Assembly: GCA_963730185.1 (NCBI GenBank)
Contig: CAVSQW010000011.1
Span: forward strand, 22,184 to 86,183
From: an uncultured Gemmatimonadales bacterium
GTDB taxonomy: Bacteria; Gemmatimonadota; Gemmatimonadetes; Gemmatimonadales; GWC2-71-9
DNA: 64,000 nucleotides
Direction of reading: 5' to 3'
The position numbers and the translations under genes are program-made. Positions 18,858 to 28,277 of the stretch are shown in pieces; position 1 is the stretch's first letter; every line of letters starts with the position of its first letter. The notes below the pieces were generated by a model. It saw only the letters and a list, made by a program, of their open reading frames with translations. It searched no databases and had not been told where the DNA came from.

Positions 18858-19697
18858 TCAGTCGCGCTCACGGGAGTCGACGGGGACACACCACGCATCG
18901 TAGAGGTTCCAATCATCCATGTTCTGGCTGGTGAGCGGTTCGGCAAGAAACCGCCCCTCTCCCTCGTCGATTCGGTGGGCCTGATACCCCAAACGCTCGA
19001 GGAAGGCCAGGAGACTGCCTCGGTAGCCGGGCGGAGATTTTCTCAGATTGTGGAACTCCACCTGGAGGTAGGGGCGGACCTGGCGGATCAGACCCTCCAG
19101 CGACTGGAGCACCGCGAGGTCATGGCCCTCGGTATCGATCTTGATGAACCGGATCCTAGGCACGAGCTCCGGATACCGGGTCGCCAGCAACGAGTTCAGG
19201 TTGCGGCCCTTGGCCGTGACCTCGAAGGCACTGCCGTGCACCCACTTGCTGACCCCTTCGTGGATCCCGCCGTTGCAAAAGCCGTGATCGCCGTATTGCA
19301 GCTTGACCGGCCCGTCCGCCATGGTGGCAGCGACGGCCAGCGGGATGATCCGGGCCTTGTCCTGGTTGAGCAGAGCGAGCTGCTCCAACACCGGGAAGAC
19401 GAAGGGATTCGGCTCCACCGCGATCACCACCCCGGCTGGGCCGACCGCCAGCGCCGTTGGCAGGACGCTGTCACCCGCATGGGCGCCGATGTCGACCGCC
19501 ACGTCACCCGGCCGGAGGTACCGCCGCAGGTTCGCGATCTGCCAGGCGGATGGCGTCGGGTCGTACGCGCCGGGATGCAGCCACCGGACGAAGTCAACCG
19601 TTCCGTCGCCCGGTAGGTCGATCGATTCCCGGACCGTGCCGTATTGGACCGGTTTGGGCTTCATCCCCATCAGATAGAGGAACTCACGAACCTTCAC
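18858..19697 (-). CDS. FkbM-family methyltransferase
   Basis: SAM-binding VAVDIGAHAGDS and IKIDTEGHDLAVLQS. Visibly lower GC than its neighbours. Confidence 0.85.
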   Translation of the reverse strand: MKVREFLYLMGMKPKPVQYGTVRESIDLPGDGTVDFVRWLHPGAYDPTPSAWQIANLRRYLRPGDVAVDIGAHAGDSVLPTALAVGPAGVVIAVEPNPFVFPVLEQLALLNQDKARIIPLAVAATMADGPVKLQYGDHGFCNGGIHEGVSKWVHGSAFEVTAKGRNLNSLLATRYPELVPRIRFIKIDTEGHDLAVLQSLEGLIRQVRPYLQVEFHNLRKSPPGYRGSLLAFLERLGYQAHRIDEGEGRFLAEPLTSQNMDDWNLYDAWCVPVDSRERD

Positions 19698-19774
19698 GGT
19701 CTCCGGCCTCCGCCCTGGGGCTGGGGATACTTCGGAGTCGTCGGGCCGCCCGACCGGTTCGGCGCTGGTCTGGC

Positions 19775-20695
19775 TCAGGTCCGAGTGTAGTTACGGTACT
19801 CGAACAAGCGCTGCCCGGTGAGCCGTTCCCACCAGTCGGAGGCTCGATACCGGAGGTGGCGCCACTCGAAGCGAGGCGCGCCGACCACCCGATCCGGATC
19901 CGAACGTTGCCGAGCGAGCCACTCGGAGGCAACCGCCGGGTGCGAGCCCCGAAAGGGGCGCAGTCCCGGGAACCAGGGAAGATGGGCGCCGTCCCTCGGG
20001 ACCCCCACGCGGCCGTAGAGCAGGCGGTCGTCGGCGCGGCGGGCGCGCAGCGCCCTCCCCGACCGGACCCATCCGTAGTGGTACACCTCAGCGTCGACTA
20101 AGCGGGCCCGAATGCGACGGTGGCGCTCACCAATCCGAAAGCCTTGGGCATCGCGGAACGGGCGGACGCCGAACGCGGCGCCCAGTTTCACGACCCGTAC
20201 TTCGCGCCGATACCAGTGTCGCTGCACGGCCTCCAAGTCCGGGTTCCCGTAGAAATGACGGTATGGGAGGAGCAGGCCTTCGATCCGGCTCGAGTCGCGA
20301 TGCTCGGCCATGGCCGCTCGCAGGGCCGGGAGACCGTTCTCGTGCAGCACCTCGTCGGCCTGGATGTACACCCCCCAGATCCCGCCACAGGCACGCATGG
20401 CCGCGGCGGTCTCCACTGCCAACAACGAGTGGCCCCGGGTCAGGTCCCACACGGACTCCATGATCCGAATCCGCGGATCGTCGATACTCCGCACCAGATC
20501 GAGGGTGCCGTCCGTTGACCGACCGACGTTGACGATCACTTCATCGCAGAGCGGCAGAATGGAGCGAATACTTTCGACCACGGGAAAGTCGAGACGCACC
20601 GCGTCCTTCACGATCGTGAAGCCCGAGACTCCACCGCGACTCGAATCGACTCTCGCTGGGGCATCGCTCACGCCGCAAAATACTCCCGTGTACAT
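19775..20695 (-). CDS. Glycosyltransferase family 2-like protein
   Basis: SGFTIVKDAVRLDFPVVESIRSILPLCDEVIVNVGRSTDGT resembles the N-terminus of a widespread GT2-like family. The start is uncertain (ATG 20695, or an internal GTG about 20 nt downstream). The longer track ORF to 21163 is antisense to the next gene. Confidence 0.7.
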   Translation of the reverse strand: MYTGVFCGVSDAPARVDSSRGGVSGFTIVKDAVRLDFPVVESIRSILPLCDEVIVNVGRSTDGTLDLVRSIDDPRIRIMESVWDLTRGHSLLAVETAAAMRACGGIWGVYIQADEVLHENGLPALRAAMAEHRDSSRIEGLLLPYRHFYGNPDLEAVQRHWYRREVRVVKLGAAFGVRPFRDAQGFRIGERHRRIRARLVDAEVYHYGWVRSGRALRARRADDRLLYGRVGVPRDGAHLPWFPGLRPFRGSHPAVASEWLARQRSDPDRVVGAPRFEWRHLRYRASDWWERLTGQRLFEYRNYTRT

Positions 20696-20704
20696 TTGAC
20701 CGCC

Positions 20705-21685
20705 ATGCACATTGCAATGCTCTACCATGGTGTGGTTCCAGTGCGCGGCTACGGCGGCATCCCCAGGGTTGTCGTCTGGTTGGTCCGGGGGTTGGTGCAG
20801 CTGGGACACCGAGTCACCCTCATTGCCGGACCCAACTCCAAGATTCCGGAAGCGACCCTCGTTCCGGTCCGGCCCCGCACAATGGAGCGGAGCGAGTTCG
20901 ACGTCCGACCGTACCTGCCCGACGGGGCCGACGTCCTGCATTCCCACCGCCCGCTCGGGCCCATCGCGGGTCTCCCTACGCTCTGGACCCTCCACGGCAA
21001 CCGCCGGCCCGGCGAGACGTCGCCACCCAACATGCTCTGTCTCAGCGCCGACCACGCCCGGCGCCACGGGACCGACGCCTTCGTCTACAACGGCCTCGAT
21101 CCGGCCGAGTATCGATTCGAACCCCGCAAGCACGACTTCGATCTGTTCCTCGGCCGCCTCCACACGGTCAAGGGCTGGCGGTGGGCGATCGAGGGCGCCC
21201 GCCGGGCCGGCCGATCCCTGGTGATCGCGGGCGGCTGGCGGCCAACGCTCCGCCCCGGCCTCCGCTTCGCCGGCGAGGTGGGCGGCGAGAAGAAGCGTGA
21301 CCTCCTGGCCGAGGCCGCCTGCCTCTGGATGCCGGCGCTCTGGGACGAGCCCTTCGGGCTCACCTTGATCGAGGCGCTGGCGAGCGGCACCCCGGTGCTG
21401 GGCACCCGGCAGGGGGCGCTGCCCGAGGTGATCAGCGACGAGGTGGGAGCGTTAGGCGACTCGCTGGACGAGCTGGTGACGCTCCGGGAACGCATCGCGA
21501 CCCTCGACCCCGAGGACTGCCGGAGCCGGGTGACGCGGCACTTCTCGCACCTGGCGATGGCGGAGGAACACCTCCGGGTGTACCAGGAGTTGATCGCGAC
21601 GGGCAGGCTGGTGGCCGGGCGACGGGTGGATGGGGGGACGGCGGGAGACGGGGGGGGACGGGGTGAGGGGGGCGGCGGGGGTTAG
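20705..21685 (+). CDS. Glycosyltransferase family 4
   Basis: MHIAMLYHGVVPVRGYGGIPRVVVWLVRGLVQLGHRVTLI...EPFGLTLIEALASGTPVLGT. It has an odd Gly-rich tail, GGTAGDGGGRGEGGGGG. Confidence 0.8.
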   Translation: MHIAMLYHGVVPVRGYGGIPRVVVWLVRGLVQLGHRVTLIAGPNSKIPEATLVPVRPRTMERSEFDVRPYLPDGADVLHSHRPLGPIAGLPTLWTLHGNRRPGETSPPNMLCLSADHARRHGTDAFVYNGLDPAEYRFEPRKHDFDLFLGRLHTVKGWRWAIEGARRAGRSLVIAGGWRPTLRPGLRFAGEVGGEKKRDLLAEAACLWMPALWDEPFGLTLIEALASGTPVLGTRQGALPEVISDEVGALGDSLDELVTLRERIATLDPEDCRSRVTRHFSHLAMAEEHLRVYQELIATGRLVAGRRVDGGTAGDGGGRGEGGGGG

Positions 21686-22683
21686 TCGGGGGGGCTCGGC
21701 GTCGCGGGCTGGGCGAAGCCGGTCGCCTCGAGGATTCGGCGGGCGCGGTGCATGTAGGTGTGGCGGGCCAGCGCATGGAGCCGGCCCTCGGTGGCCAGCT
21801 CTTCCGCCCGGGGTGGATCGTGGAGCAGGGCCTCGACCCCGACCTTGAGCTCGGCCGGGCTCGAGAAGGCGAGCAGGTGCCGGCCGGGCTCGAAGTAGCG
21901 GCGCAGATCGGCGCGGTCGTCCACCACCTGGGGCACTCCCATGAGTGCCAGCTCGAAGACCCGCTGATTGCAGGAGGCCCGATCCTGGGGCGCCACCGCG
22001 GCCAGGTCGCGGTGGAGGTTCACCGCCACCGAGGCCCCGCCGTAGGCTCGGATGTACTCGCCGGTGTCCTTGATCTCGCCGCGGCAATAGTCGCGGAGGG
22101 TGGTCCGCCGCCAACCCGGACCCCATAGCGCCAGCCCGAACTCCAGCAGCTCGGTCAGATAGGCTTCGCGGGCGGGCGTCGCCCCGCCGGCGAACACCAC
22201 GTTGGCGCGGTACTGGTCCTTCGATCGCATCGGACGGTAGACCGAGGGATCGGCCGCGAGCGGCAACACCTCGACCGGACGGCCGAGCTCGCCTTCCAGC
22301 CGGGCGGCCAGGTCGGAGCCGGCGACGAAGACCTGGTCGCAGGCCCGGGCGACACGCACCGCCTCGTCGACCTGGGTCAGATCGTCCGGAATCCAATTGA
22401 CCCAGCGCACGCCGGGGCCGTTCCGCAAGCCGGCCACGGTCTCCTGATCCAGCTCGTACCCTCCGATCACCAGCACGAGGTTGGCTTCGGCCTCGCCGAT
22501 GGCCTTCGCCAATCGGGACCGGAGGTCGGCACCGGTGAGCCGGCCGAGCAGCCCCGGCTTCTTGCCCAGGTCGAACGAGGTCACGTCGCAGCCGAGCCGC
22601 TCGAAGGCCCGCACCCGCTGGGCCGAATGGGCGTGCTCCGCATCGTCGAAGTGAGCCACCAACAGGACCGAGGGGACCGTCAC
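21682..22683 (-). CDS. CgeB-like glycosyltransferase (second paralog)
   Basis: VVFAGG...CNQRVFELALMGVPQVVDDRADLRRYFEPGRHLLAFSSPAELKVGVEALLHDP...HTYMHRARRILE. Confidence 0.7.
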   Translation of the reverse strand: MTVPSVLLVAHFDDAEHAHSAQRVRAFERLGCDVTSFDLGKKPGLLGRLTGADLRSRLAKAIGEAEANLVLVIGGYELDQETVAGLRNGPGVRWVNWIPDDLTQVDEAVRVARACDQVFVAGSDLAARLEGELGRPVEVLPLAADPSVYRPMRSKDQYRANVVFAGGATPAREAYLTELLEFGLALWGPGWRRTTLRDYCRGEIKDTGEYIRAYGGASVAVNLHRDLAAVAPQDRASCNQRVFELALMGVPQVVDDRADLRRYFEPGRHLLAFSSPAELKVGVEALLHDPPRAEELATEGRLHALARHTYMHRARRILEATGFAQPATPSPPD

Positions 22684-24503
22684 GCCACTTCCTCCGTGGG
22701 GCGGAATTGAAGATCGTGAAGCCGGCGATAAAGACCGCGGTCGGCCACGAGCACCGCGTGGGGGCCGCGCTCCACGATCCGACCCCGGTCGATCACCAGA
22801 ATTTCATCGGCATGGCGCACCGTCGCCAGTCGGTGCGCGACCACCAGCACGGTCCGATCCCGCATCAGCCGGTCGATCGCCTCCTGCACCTGACGTTCCG
22901 ACTCGGGATCGAGCGCGCTGGTGGCCTCGTCGAGAATCAGGATCGGCGGGTCGCGCAGCAGCGCCCGCGCGATGGCGATCCGTTGGCGCTGACCGCCCGA
23001 GAGCCGGGTCCCGCGCTCGCCCAGCAAAGTGTCGAACCCGAGCGGCAGGCCGCGGATGAATTCGTCCGCGTTGGCGGCCCGCGCCGCCTGCTCCACCTGG
23101 GCCGCCGTCGCCTCGGGCCGAGCGTACGCGATGTTGGCGAAGACGGTGTCGTTCAGGATCACCGTGTCCTGGCTCACGAGCCCCATCAGGTGGCGCACCG
23201 AGGCCCGGGAGACCTCTGGGAGCGGCGTGCCGTCGAGCCGGATCTGGCCGGAGGTGGGGTCGTAAAAGCGGGGGACCAGGTCGAGGAGCGTGGTCTTGCC
23301 CGCCCCGGACGGCCCAACGATCGCGACGATCTTGCCCTTGGGCACCGTAAACGAGAGTTCCTCGACCACCGGGCGCCCGGGCTCGTACTCGAACGACACG
23401 TCGTCGAACACCAGGTCGCGCTCGAACCGGGCGGCCGGGAGCCGCTCGTCGTCGCCCTCGACCGACGGCCGGTCGAGCCAGTGGAACACCCGCTCGGCGC
23501 TGCCCAGCGCGATCGCCATGGAGGCCGGGAACTGGGAGAGCGACTTGATGGGCGACATCATCTTGAGCGCCACCGCCAGGAAGACGATCGTCACCTCGGG
23601 ACCGAGCACGACACCGCTGATGGTCGGATTGGCGGCCGCCCAGATGAGCAGGATCACCACCAACCCGCCGAACACCTCGCTCACCGGACTGGTGAGCGAG
23701 GCGAACCGCTGGGTTCGGATCGCCCATTTCCGGTAGAGGTCGGCCTGATTGGTGAACTTGGCGACCTCCTGCGCCTCGCCGCCGTAGCCTCGGATCAGCT
23801 TGATCGCCCCGAGCCGCTCGGTGGCGGTGGCGGTGAGGCGGCCGCGCTCGTCGGCCCATTCCCGGGCATGCCCGCGGAGGCGCTTCAGGAGCTGCCGGAT
23901 CCCGAGCACCAGCACGGGGGCCGAGGCCAGGGTGATCAGGGTGAGCCGCCCGGAGATGCTGGCCAGGATCACCAGCGAGCTCAGGATCAGGATCAGATTC
24001 TCGAAAAAGGCCGCCAGCGCCGCGGAGACCGCCTGCTTGCTCTGGTCGGCATCGGCGATGATCCCGGCGATCAGGTCTCCCTGGCGGGTGCTTTGAAAGA
24101 AGGCCAGGTCGATCGTGAGCAGATGGCGGTAGAGCGCGATCCGGAGATCGCGGACCAGCCCCTCCTGCACCGCGACGGTCAGCTGGTTCTTGGCGTAAAC
24201 GAAGATGTTCTTGAGCACCAGGCCGATCAGCAGCACCACCACCAGCCGGGCCGCGGCCGCCCCCGCCGACCGGCCGGCCACCAGCGGCGACAGCACCGTG
24301 TGGATCACCGCCTCGAGCTTGGTGCCGCCGGTGCCCGCCAGGGCCCCGGCCGTTCCGAAGAGGGTCTTGAGCAGCGGGACCAGCACCACCACCGTCACGC
24401 CGTCGAGAATCGACGCGAAGAACGCCGAGACCAGGCCGAGCACGAAGAGTCCGGTGTAGGGGCGGGCCGTCGCGAGGAGACGGCGCCCGACGGAGCGGGG
24501 CAT
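22680..24503 (-). CDS. ABC transporter permease/ATP-binding protein (MsbA-like lipid/glycolipid exporter)
   Basis: Six-TM N-terminal half. Walker A GPSGAGKTT, signature LSGGQRQRIAIARA, Walker B ILILDEATSALD. I prefer the ATG at 24503 over 24545. Confidence 0.9.
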   Translation of the reverse strand: MPRSVGRRLLATARPYTGLFVLGLVSAFFASILDGVTVVVLVPLLKTLFGTAGALAGTGGTKLEAVIHTVLSPLVAGRSAGAAAARLVVVLLIGLVLKNIFVYAKNQLTVAVQEGLVRDLRIALYRHLLTIDLAFFQSTRQGDLIAGIIADADQSKQAVSAALAAFFENLILILSSLVILASISGRLTLITLASAPVLVLGIRQLLKRLRGHAREWADERGRLTATATERLGAIKLIRGYGGEAQEVAKFTNQADLYRKWAIRTQRFASLTSPVSEVFGGLVVILLIWAAANPTISGVVLGPEVTIVFLAVALKMMSPIKSLSQFPASMAIALGSAERVFHWLDRPSVEGDDERLPAARFERDLVFDDVSFEYEPGRPVVEELSFTVPKGKIVAIVGPSGAGKTTLLDLVPRFYDPTSGQIRLDGTPLPEVSRASVRHLMGLVSQDTVILNDTVFANIAYARPEATAAQVEQAARAANADEFIRGLPLGFDTLLGERGTRLSGGQRQRIAIARALLRDPPILILDEATSALDPESERQVQEAIDRLMRDRTVLVVAHRLATVRHADEILVIDRGRIVERGPHAVLVADRGLYRRLHDLQFRPTEEVA

Positions 24504-24535
24504 GGTGCCAAAGGTAATGGCATTACATTCCCGCG

Positions 24536-25555
24536 GTGCCCGCATCGGCCCCTCCCCGGATCGCGATCGTCCGCTTCAGCTCGATGGGGGACGTCATCCT
24601 CACCACGCCGCTGGTCCGCGCCCTGCGCCAGGCCCACCCAGAGGCCTGGATCAGCTACGTCACCAAGCGCCTCTACGCCCCGCTCCTGGCCCACAATCCG
24701 AGGGTGAACGAGGTGATCGAGCTTCCGCCGGACGGCGGGCTCGGCGACCTCACCCGGACGCTGCGGGAGCGCCGCTTCACCCACGGGCTCGACCTGCACG
24801 GTAGCCTCCGGAGCCGGGCGCTCCGGTGGATGGTGGGGGGAAGGTGGCGAGGCTACCCGAAGCGGCGGCTGGCTCGCTCGATCTTGATCCGAACCAAGCG
24901 CGACGTCTTTCGCGACCACCGCCACGTGGTGGAGCGCTACTTCGACGCGGCGCGGGGCTTGGGCGTGGTGCCCGACGGGGCGCCGGCCGACCTTTTTCTT
25001 CCCCGCGTCAAGCAGGACGGCGCCCGGCGATTCCTGGTCTCGCAGTCGCTCGGAACGTCGCGGTCCCTGGTCGCCCTGGCACCCGGGGCGGCCCACTGGA
25101 CCAAGCGCTGGCCGGTCCGCCACTGGCAGCGTCTGGCGACCCAGCTCACCCTGTCCGGCTACGACGTGGTCGTGCTGGGCGGACCGGCGGAACAGAACGT
25201 GGGCGAGGAGATCGCCGCCGCAGGCGACCAGCAGGCGGCCAGCGCGGCGGGACGGTTCGATCTGCTCGGCACCGCGGCGCTGCTCAAGGAGGCCCGCTGC
25301 GTGGTGGTGGGAGACACCGGCGTCATGCACATGGCGACCGCCATGGGCGTGCCGGTGGTGACCCTCTTCGGGCCGACGGTCCAAGCCTTCGGATTCACGC
25401 CCTACCGGGCCCGGGCCACCATTCTGGAAGAGGATCTTCCCTGCCGGCCGTGCAGCGCAATGGGCGGGCCCCGCTGCCCGCTCGGCCACCATCATTGCCT
25501 CGAGCACCTCCTGCCCGACCGGGTGTTCCAGGCCGTCAGGCACCTGCCCCGATGA
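24536..25555 (+). CDS. Glycosyltransferase family 9 (LPS heptosyltransferase-like)
   Basis: RIAIVRFSSMGDVILTTPLVRAL...LAPGAAHWTKRWP...VVGDTGVMHMATAMGVPVVTLFGPT. GTG start. Confidence 0.85.
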   Translation: MPASAPPRIAIVRFSSMGDVILTTPLVRALRQAHPEAWISYVTKRLYAPLLAHNPRVNEVIELPPDGGLGDLTRTLRERRFTHGLDLHGSLRSRALRWMVGGRWRGYPKRRLARSILIRTKRDVFRDHRHVVERYFDAARGLGVVPDGAPADLFLPRVKQDGARRFLVSQSLGTSRSLVALAPGAAHWTKRWPVRHWQRLATQLTLSGYDVVVLGGPAEQNVGEEIAAAGDQQAASAAGRFDLLGTAALLKEARCVVVGDTGVMHMATAMGVPVVTLFGPTVQAFGFTPYRARATILEEDLPCRPCSAMGGPRCPLGHHHCLEHLLPDRVFQAVRHLPR

Positions 25556-25935
25556 CGCCCGAGAGCCCAACCGCCCGCGTCCTGGTCGACCTGATGGCCG
25601 ATGCCCCCAGGGGCCCGAAGCGGGACGGCCTGTTCGCGGTGTGGCTGACGCTTCGGGTGGTGGAGGACCTGGCCGTGGAGCCCCCGCACGCCGACCGGGC
25701 CGTCAAACGGCGAGTGAGCCTGCTGACGAGACGCCTCGGCAGCCTCACGCTGCCGGGCGGCCTGCGACGCGGTTTGAACGGGGTGCTCGCCGCCCTGCCG
25801 GAGGCGGGAGCGGGAGAGGCGCCCCACCTGCTCGCCCAGCTCGCGATCGCCACCCGCGACGGGTTGGGGGCCGAGATCGCCGAGACCGTGTCACGCGGCC
25901 CACGGGGCGCCGCGCCGGAGAAACGGGCGGACTAG
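25552..25935 (+). CDS. Hypothetical protein
   Basis: The ATG at 25552 overlaps the GT9 stop (ATGA). High GC3. No family recognised. Confidence 0.5.
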   Translation: MTPESPTARVLVDLMADAPRGPKRDGLFAVWLTLRVVEDLAVEPPHADRAVKRRVSLLTRRLGSLTLPGGLRRGLNGVLAALPEAGAGEAPHLLAQLAIATRDGLGAEIAETVSRGPRGAAPEKRAD

Positions 25936-26224
25936 GGAACGGATGCGGGTCGTCCGGCCCCCGGGCCCGTGCCTCGTCCTGGCGGCCCTCCCGGCCGGGT
26001 CAGGATGCGCACCTCCGGCCCCGAGGCTGCGGCCGGACCTGGAGCTCGACGGCTGGTGCCACGCCTCGCTCCTCAACGAATCGATCGAAACGGTGTTCGA
26101 GGCCGACAGGGCATCCCCGGCGGTCGGTCGGAGCCTGTTGACTGGTCCGGTGGAGCCGCTGGCCCCCCCCGCCTACCCTCCTCCCCGCCGACCCAATAGT
26201 TTCTCCGGCAGGGGAGGTGCCACC

Positions 26225-26974
26225 ATGGCCGGTCACAGCAAGTGGAAGCAGATCAAGCGGAAGAAAGCGGTGACCGACTCGCGGCGGTCGTCCGTCTGGG
26301 CCAAGTGTATCCGCGAGATCATGGTGGCCGCCAAGGCCGGGGGCGGTGACCCCGGCGGCAATCCCCGGCTCCGGACCGCGATCGACGCAGCCCGGGCCGT
26401 GAACATGCCCAACGACAACATCGAACGGGCCATCCAGAAGGGCACCGGCAACCTCGAAGGGGCGGCGTACGAGGAGATCACCTACGAAGGCTACGGCCCG
26501 GGGGGGGCCGCGATCTTCATCGAGGCCACGACCGACAACGCCAACCGCACGGTGGCCGAAGTCCGCCATGCCCTCAGCCGGGCCGGCGGCAACCTCGGCG
26601 CCACGAACTCGGTGGCGTGGATGTTCGATCGCAAGGGCCAGATCTTTCTCGACGCCACCAAGTCCAAGGAAGACCAGACCCTCGAGGCCGCGCTCGAGGC
26701 GGGGGCCGAGGATTTCGTCCGCGAGGGCGATCAGTACCTGATCAGCACGGCGCCGACCGATTTCCACGCGGTCCAGGACGGCCTCACGGCCGCCGGGTAC
26801 ACGATCGAATCGGCCGAGCTGGCGATGGTGCCCAAGAACACGGTGAAGGTGGAGGGTGCCGAGGCCGAGAAGCTGATCAAATTGGTGGAGACCCTCGACG
26901 AGCTGGACGACGTCTCCAAGGTCTTTTCGAACTTCGACATCGACGCGGACTCGCTGGCCGAGACCGAGGCCTGA
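26225..26974 (+). CDS. yebC: YebC/PmpR-family transcriptional regulator
   Basis: MAGHSKWKQIKRKKA...NPRLRTAIDAARAVNMPNDNIERAIQKG. GGAGGTG Shine-Dalgarno upstream. Confidence 0.95.
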   Translation: MAGHSKWKQIKRKKAVTDSRRSSVWAKCIREIMVAAKAGGGDPGGNPRLRTAIDAARAVNMPNDNIERAIQKGTGNLEGAAYEEITYEGYGPGGAAIFIEATTDNANRTVAEVRHALSRAGGNLGATNSVAWMFDRKGQIFLDATKSKEDQTLEAALEAGAEDFVREGDQYLISTAPTDFHAVQDGLTAAGYTIESAELAMVPKNTVKVEGAEAEKLIKLVETLDELDDVSKVFSNFDIDADSLAETEA

Positions 26975-26985
26975 CCACTCCCCCT

Positions 26986-27489
26986 ATGAAGGTGCTGGGG
27001 ATCGATCCGGGCACCGCCACGGTGGGATTCGGCGTGCTAGCGACCGAGCCAGGACGACCGCCCCGACTGATCGAGTGCGGAGTGATCAGGACCCAAGCGC
27101 GGGCACCCCTTCCCCTCCGCCTCCAGGCCATCCACGAGGGGCTGAACGAGCTGTTCCAGCGCCACCATCCCGACGTGCTGGCCGTGGAGGACATCTTCTA
27201 CGCCACCAATGCCCGGACCACGGCCGTACTGGGACACGCCCGCGGCGTGATCCTGCTCTCCGGCGCCCTGGCCGGCATCCCGGTCGCGGAGTACCCACCC
27301 GCCCGGATCAAGAAGGCCATCGTCGGGCGGGGGGCCGCCCTCAAGCCGCAGGTCGGCTACATGGTCGCCAAGCTGCTGGGGCTCTCGGCCCCGCCCCGTC
27401 CCGCCGACGCCGCCGACGGCGTGGCCGTCGCCCTGACCCACGTGATGATCGGCGGCCCCGTTCGGATCCGGACCGGGAGCGTCCGGTGA
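26986..27489 (+). CDS. ruvC: Holliday junction resolvase RuvC
   Basis: MKVLGIDPGTATVGFGVL...LAVEDIFY...DAADGVAVALTH. Confidence 0.95.
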   Translation: MKVLGIDPGTATVGFGVLATEPGRPPRLIECGVIRTQARAPLPLRLQAIHEGLNELFQRHHPDVLAVEDIFYATNARTTAVLGHARGVILLSGALAGIPVAEYPPARIKKAIVGRGAALKPQVGYMVAKLLGLSAPPRPADAADGVAVALTHVMIGGPVRIRTGSVR

Positions 27490-28088
27490 TCGCGACGGTT
27501 TCGGGAACGCTGGCCCACCGGGACGGCGACACCGTGCTGATCCAGACCGACGGTGGCGTCGGCTACGCGGTGACGGTGACCCTCGGCACGCTCGAGCGGC
27601 TTCCGGCCGTGGGCCAGCGGTGCTCGCTCTACACCGAGCTGGTGGTCCGGGAAGACGCCTGGACCCTCTTCGGCTTCGACCGGGCCGGCGACCGTGCCAT
27701 CTTTGAGCGGCTCCTCGGCGCGAGCGGCTTCGGCCCCAAGCTGGCCATGGCCCTCCTCAGCACCCTGGGGCCGGCCCGGGCGGTCCGCTCGATTCAGAAC
27801 AAGGACATCGCGGCTCTGGCCACGGTGCCGGGGATCGGGAAGAAGAAGGCCGAGCGACTCGCGGTGGAGCTCCAGGACCGGTTCGGCGACGTCAAGCCCG
27901 AAGCCGGGGTCGCCACCAAGGGAACTACCGGCGAGGAAGCGGCCCGGGCGCTGGTGACACTGGGCTATCAACCGGCCCAGGCCGACGAGGCGGTCCGATC
28001 GGCGCTGGCCGGCGGGCCGACCGACGACGTGGCGGCGCTCATTCGCCGGGCGCTGCAGCAGCTGACCACCCCACGAGGAGGACGCTGA
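27486..28088 (+). CDS. ruvA: Holliday junction branch-migration complex subunit RuvA
   Basis: The GTG at 27486 overlaps the ruvC stop. VGYAVTV...LFGF...ERAIFERLLGASGFGPKLAMALLS...VPGIGKKKAERL. Confidence 0.95.
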   Translation: MIATVSGTLAHRDGDTVLIQTDGGVGYAVTVTLGTLERLPAVGQRCSLYTELVVREDAWTLFGFDRAGDRAIFERLLGASGFGPKLAMALLSTLGPARAVRSIQNKDIAALATVPGIGKKKAERLAVELQDRFGDVKPEAGVATKGTTGEEAARALVTLGYQPAQADEAVRSALAGGPTDDVAALIRRALQQLTTPRGGR

Positions 28089-28277
28089 ATGACCGCGCCG
28101 ACCGCGTCGCCGCGCTCCGTAACAGCGGAGTGGCAGTGCACCAAGTGCAACAGCACCAACCGGAAGCTGGTCCCCGCCGGCACCCCGGCCGCGCACGACC
28201 GGTGCGTCACCTGTCACACCAAGCACGTCGTCTGGCCGGGTGAGCGCCCGGTCCGGTGGCACGCCAAGGCGGCGTGA
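28089..28277 (+). CDS. Small zinc-ribbon protein (62 aa) inserted between ruvA and ruvB
   Basis: ATG immediately after the ruvA TGA, and its stop overlaps the ruvB GTG (GTGA). Motif CTKC-x18-CVTC. High GC3 throughout. Confidence 0.6.
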   Translation: MTAPTASPRSVTAEWQCTKCNSTNRKLVPAGTPAAHDRCVTCHTKHVVWPGERPVRWHAKAA

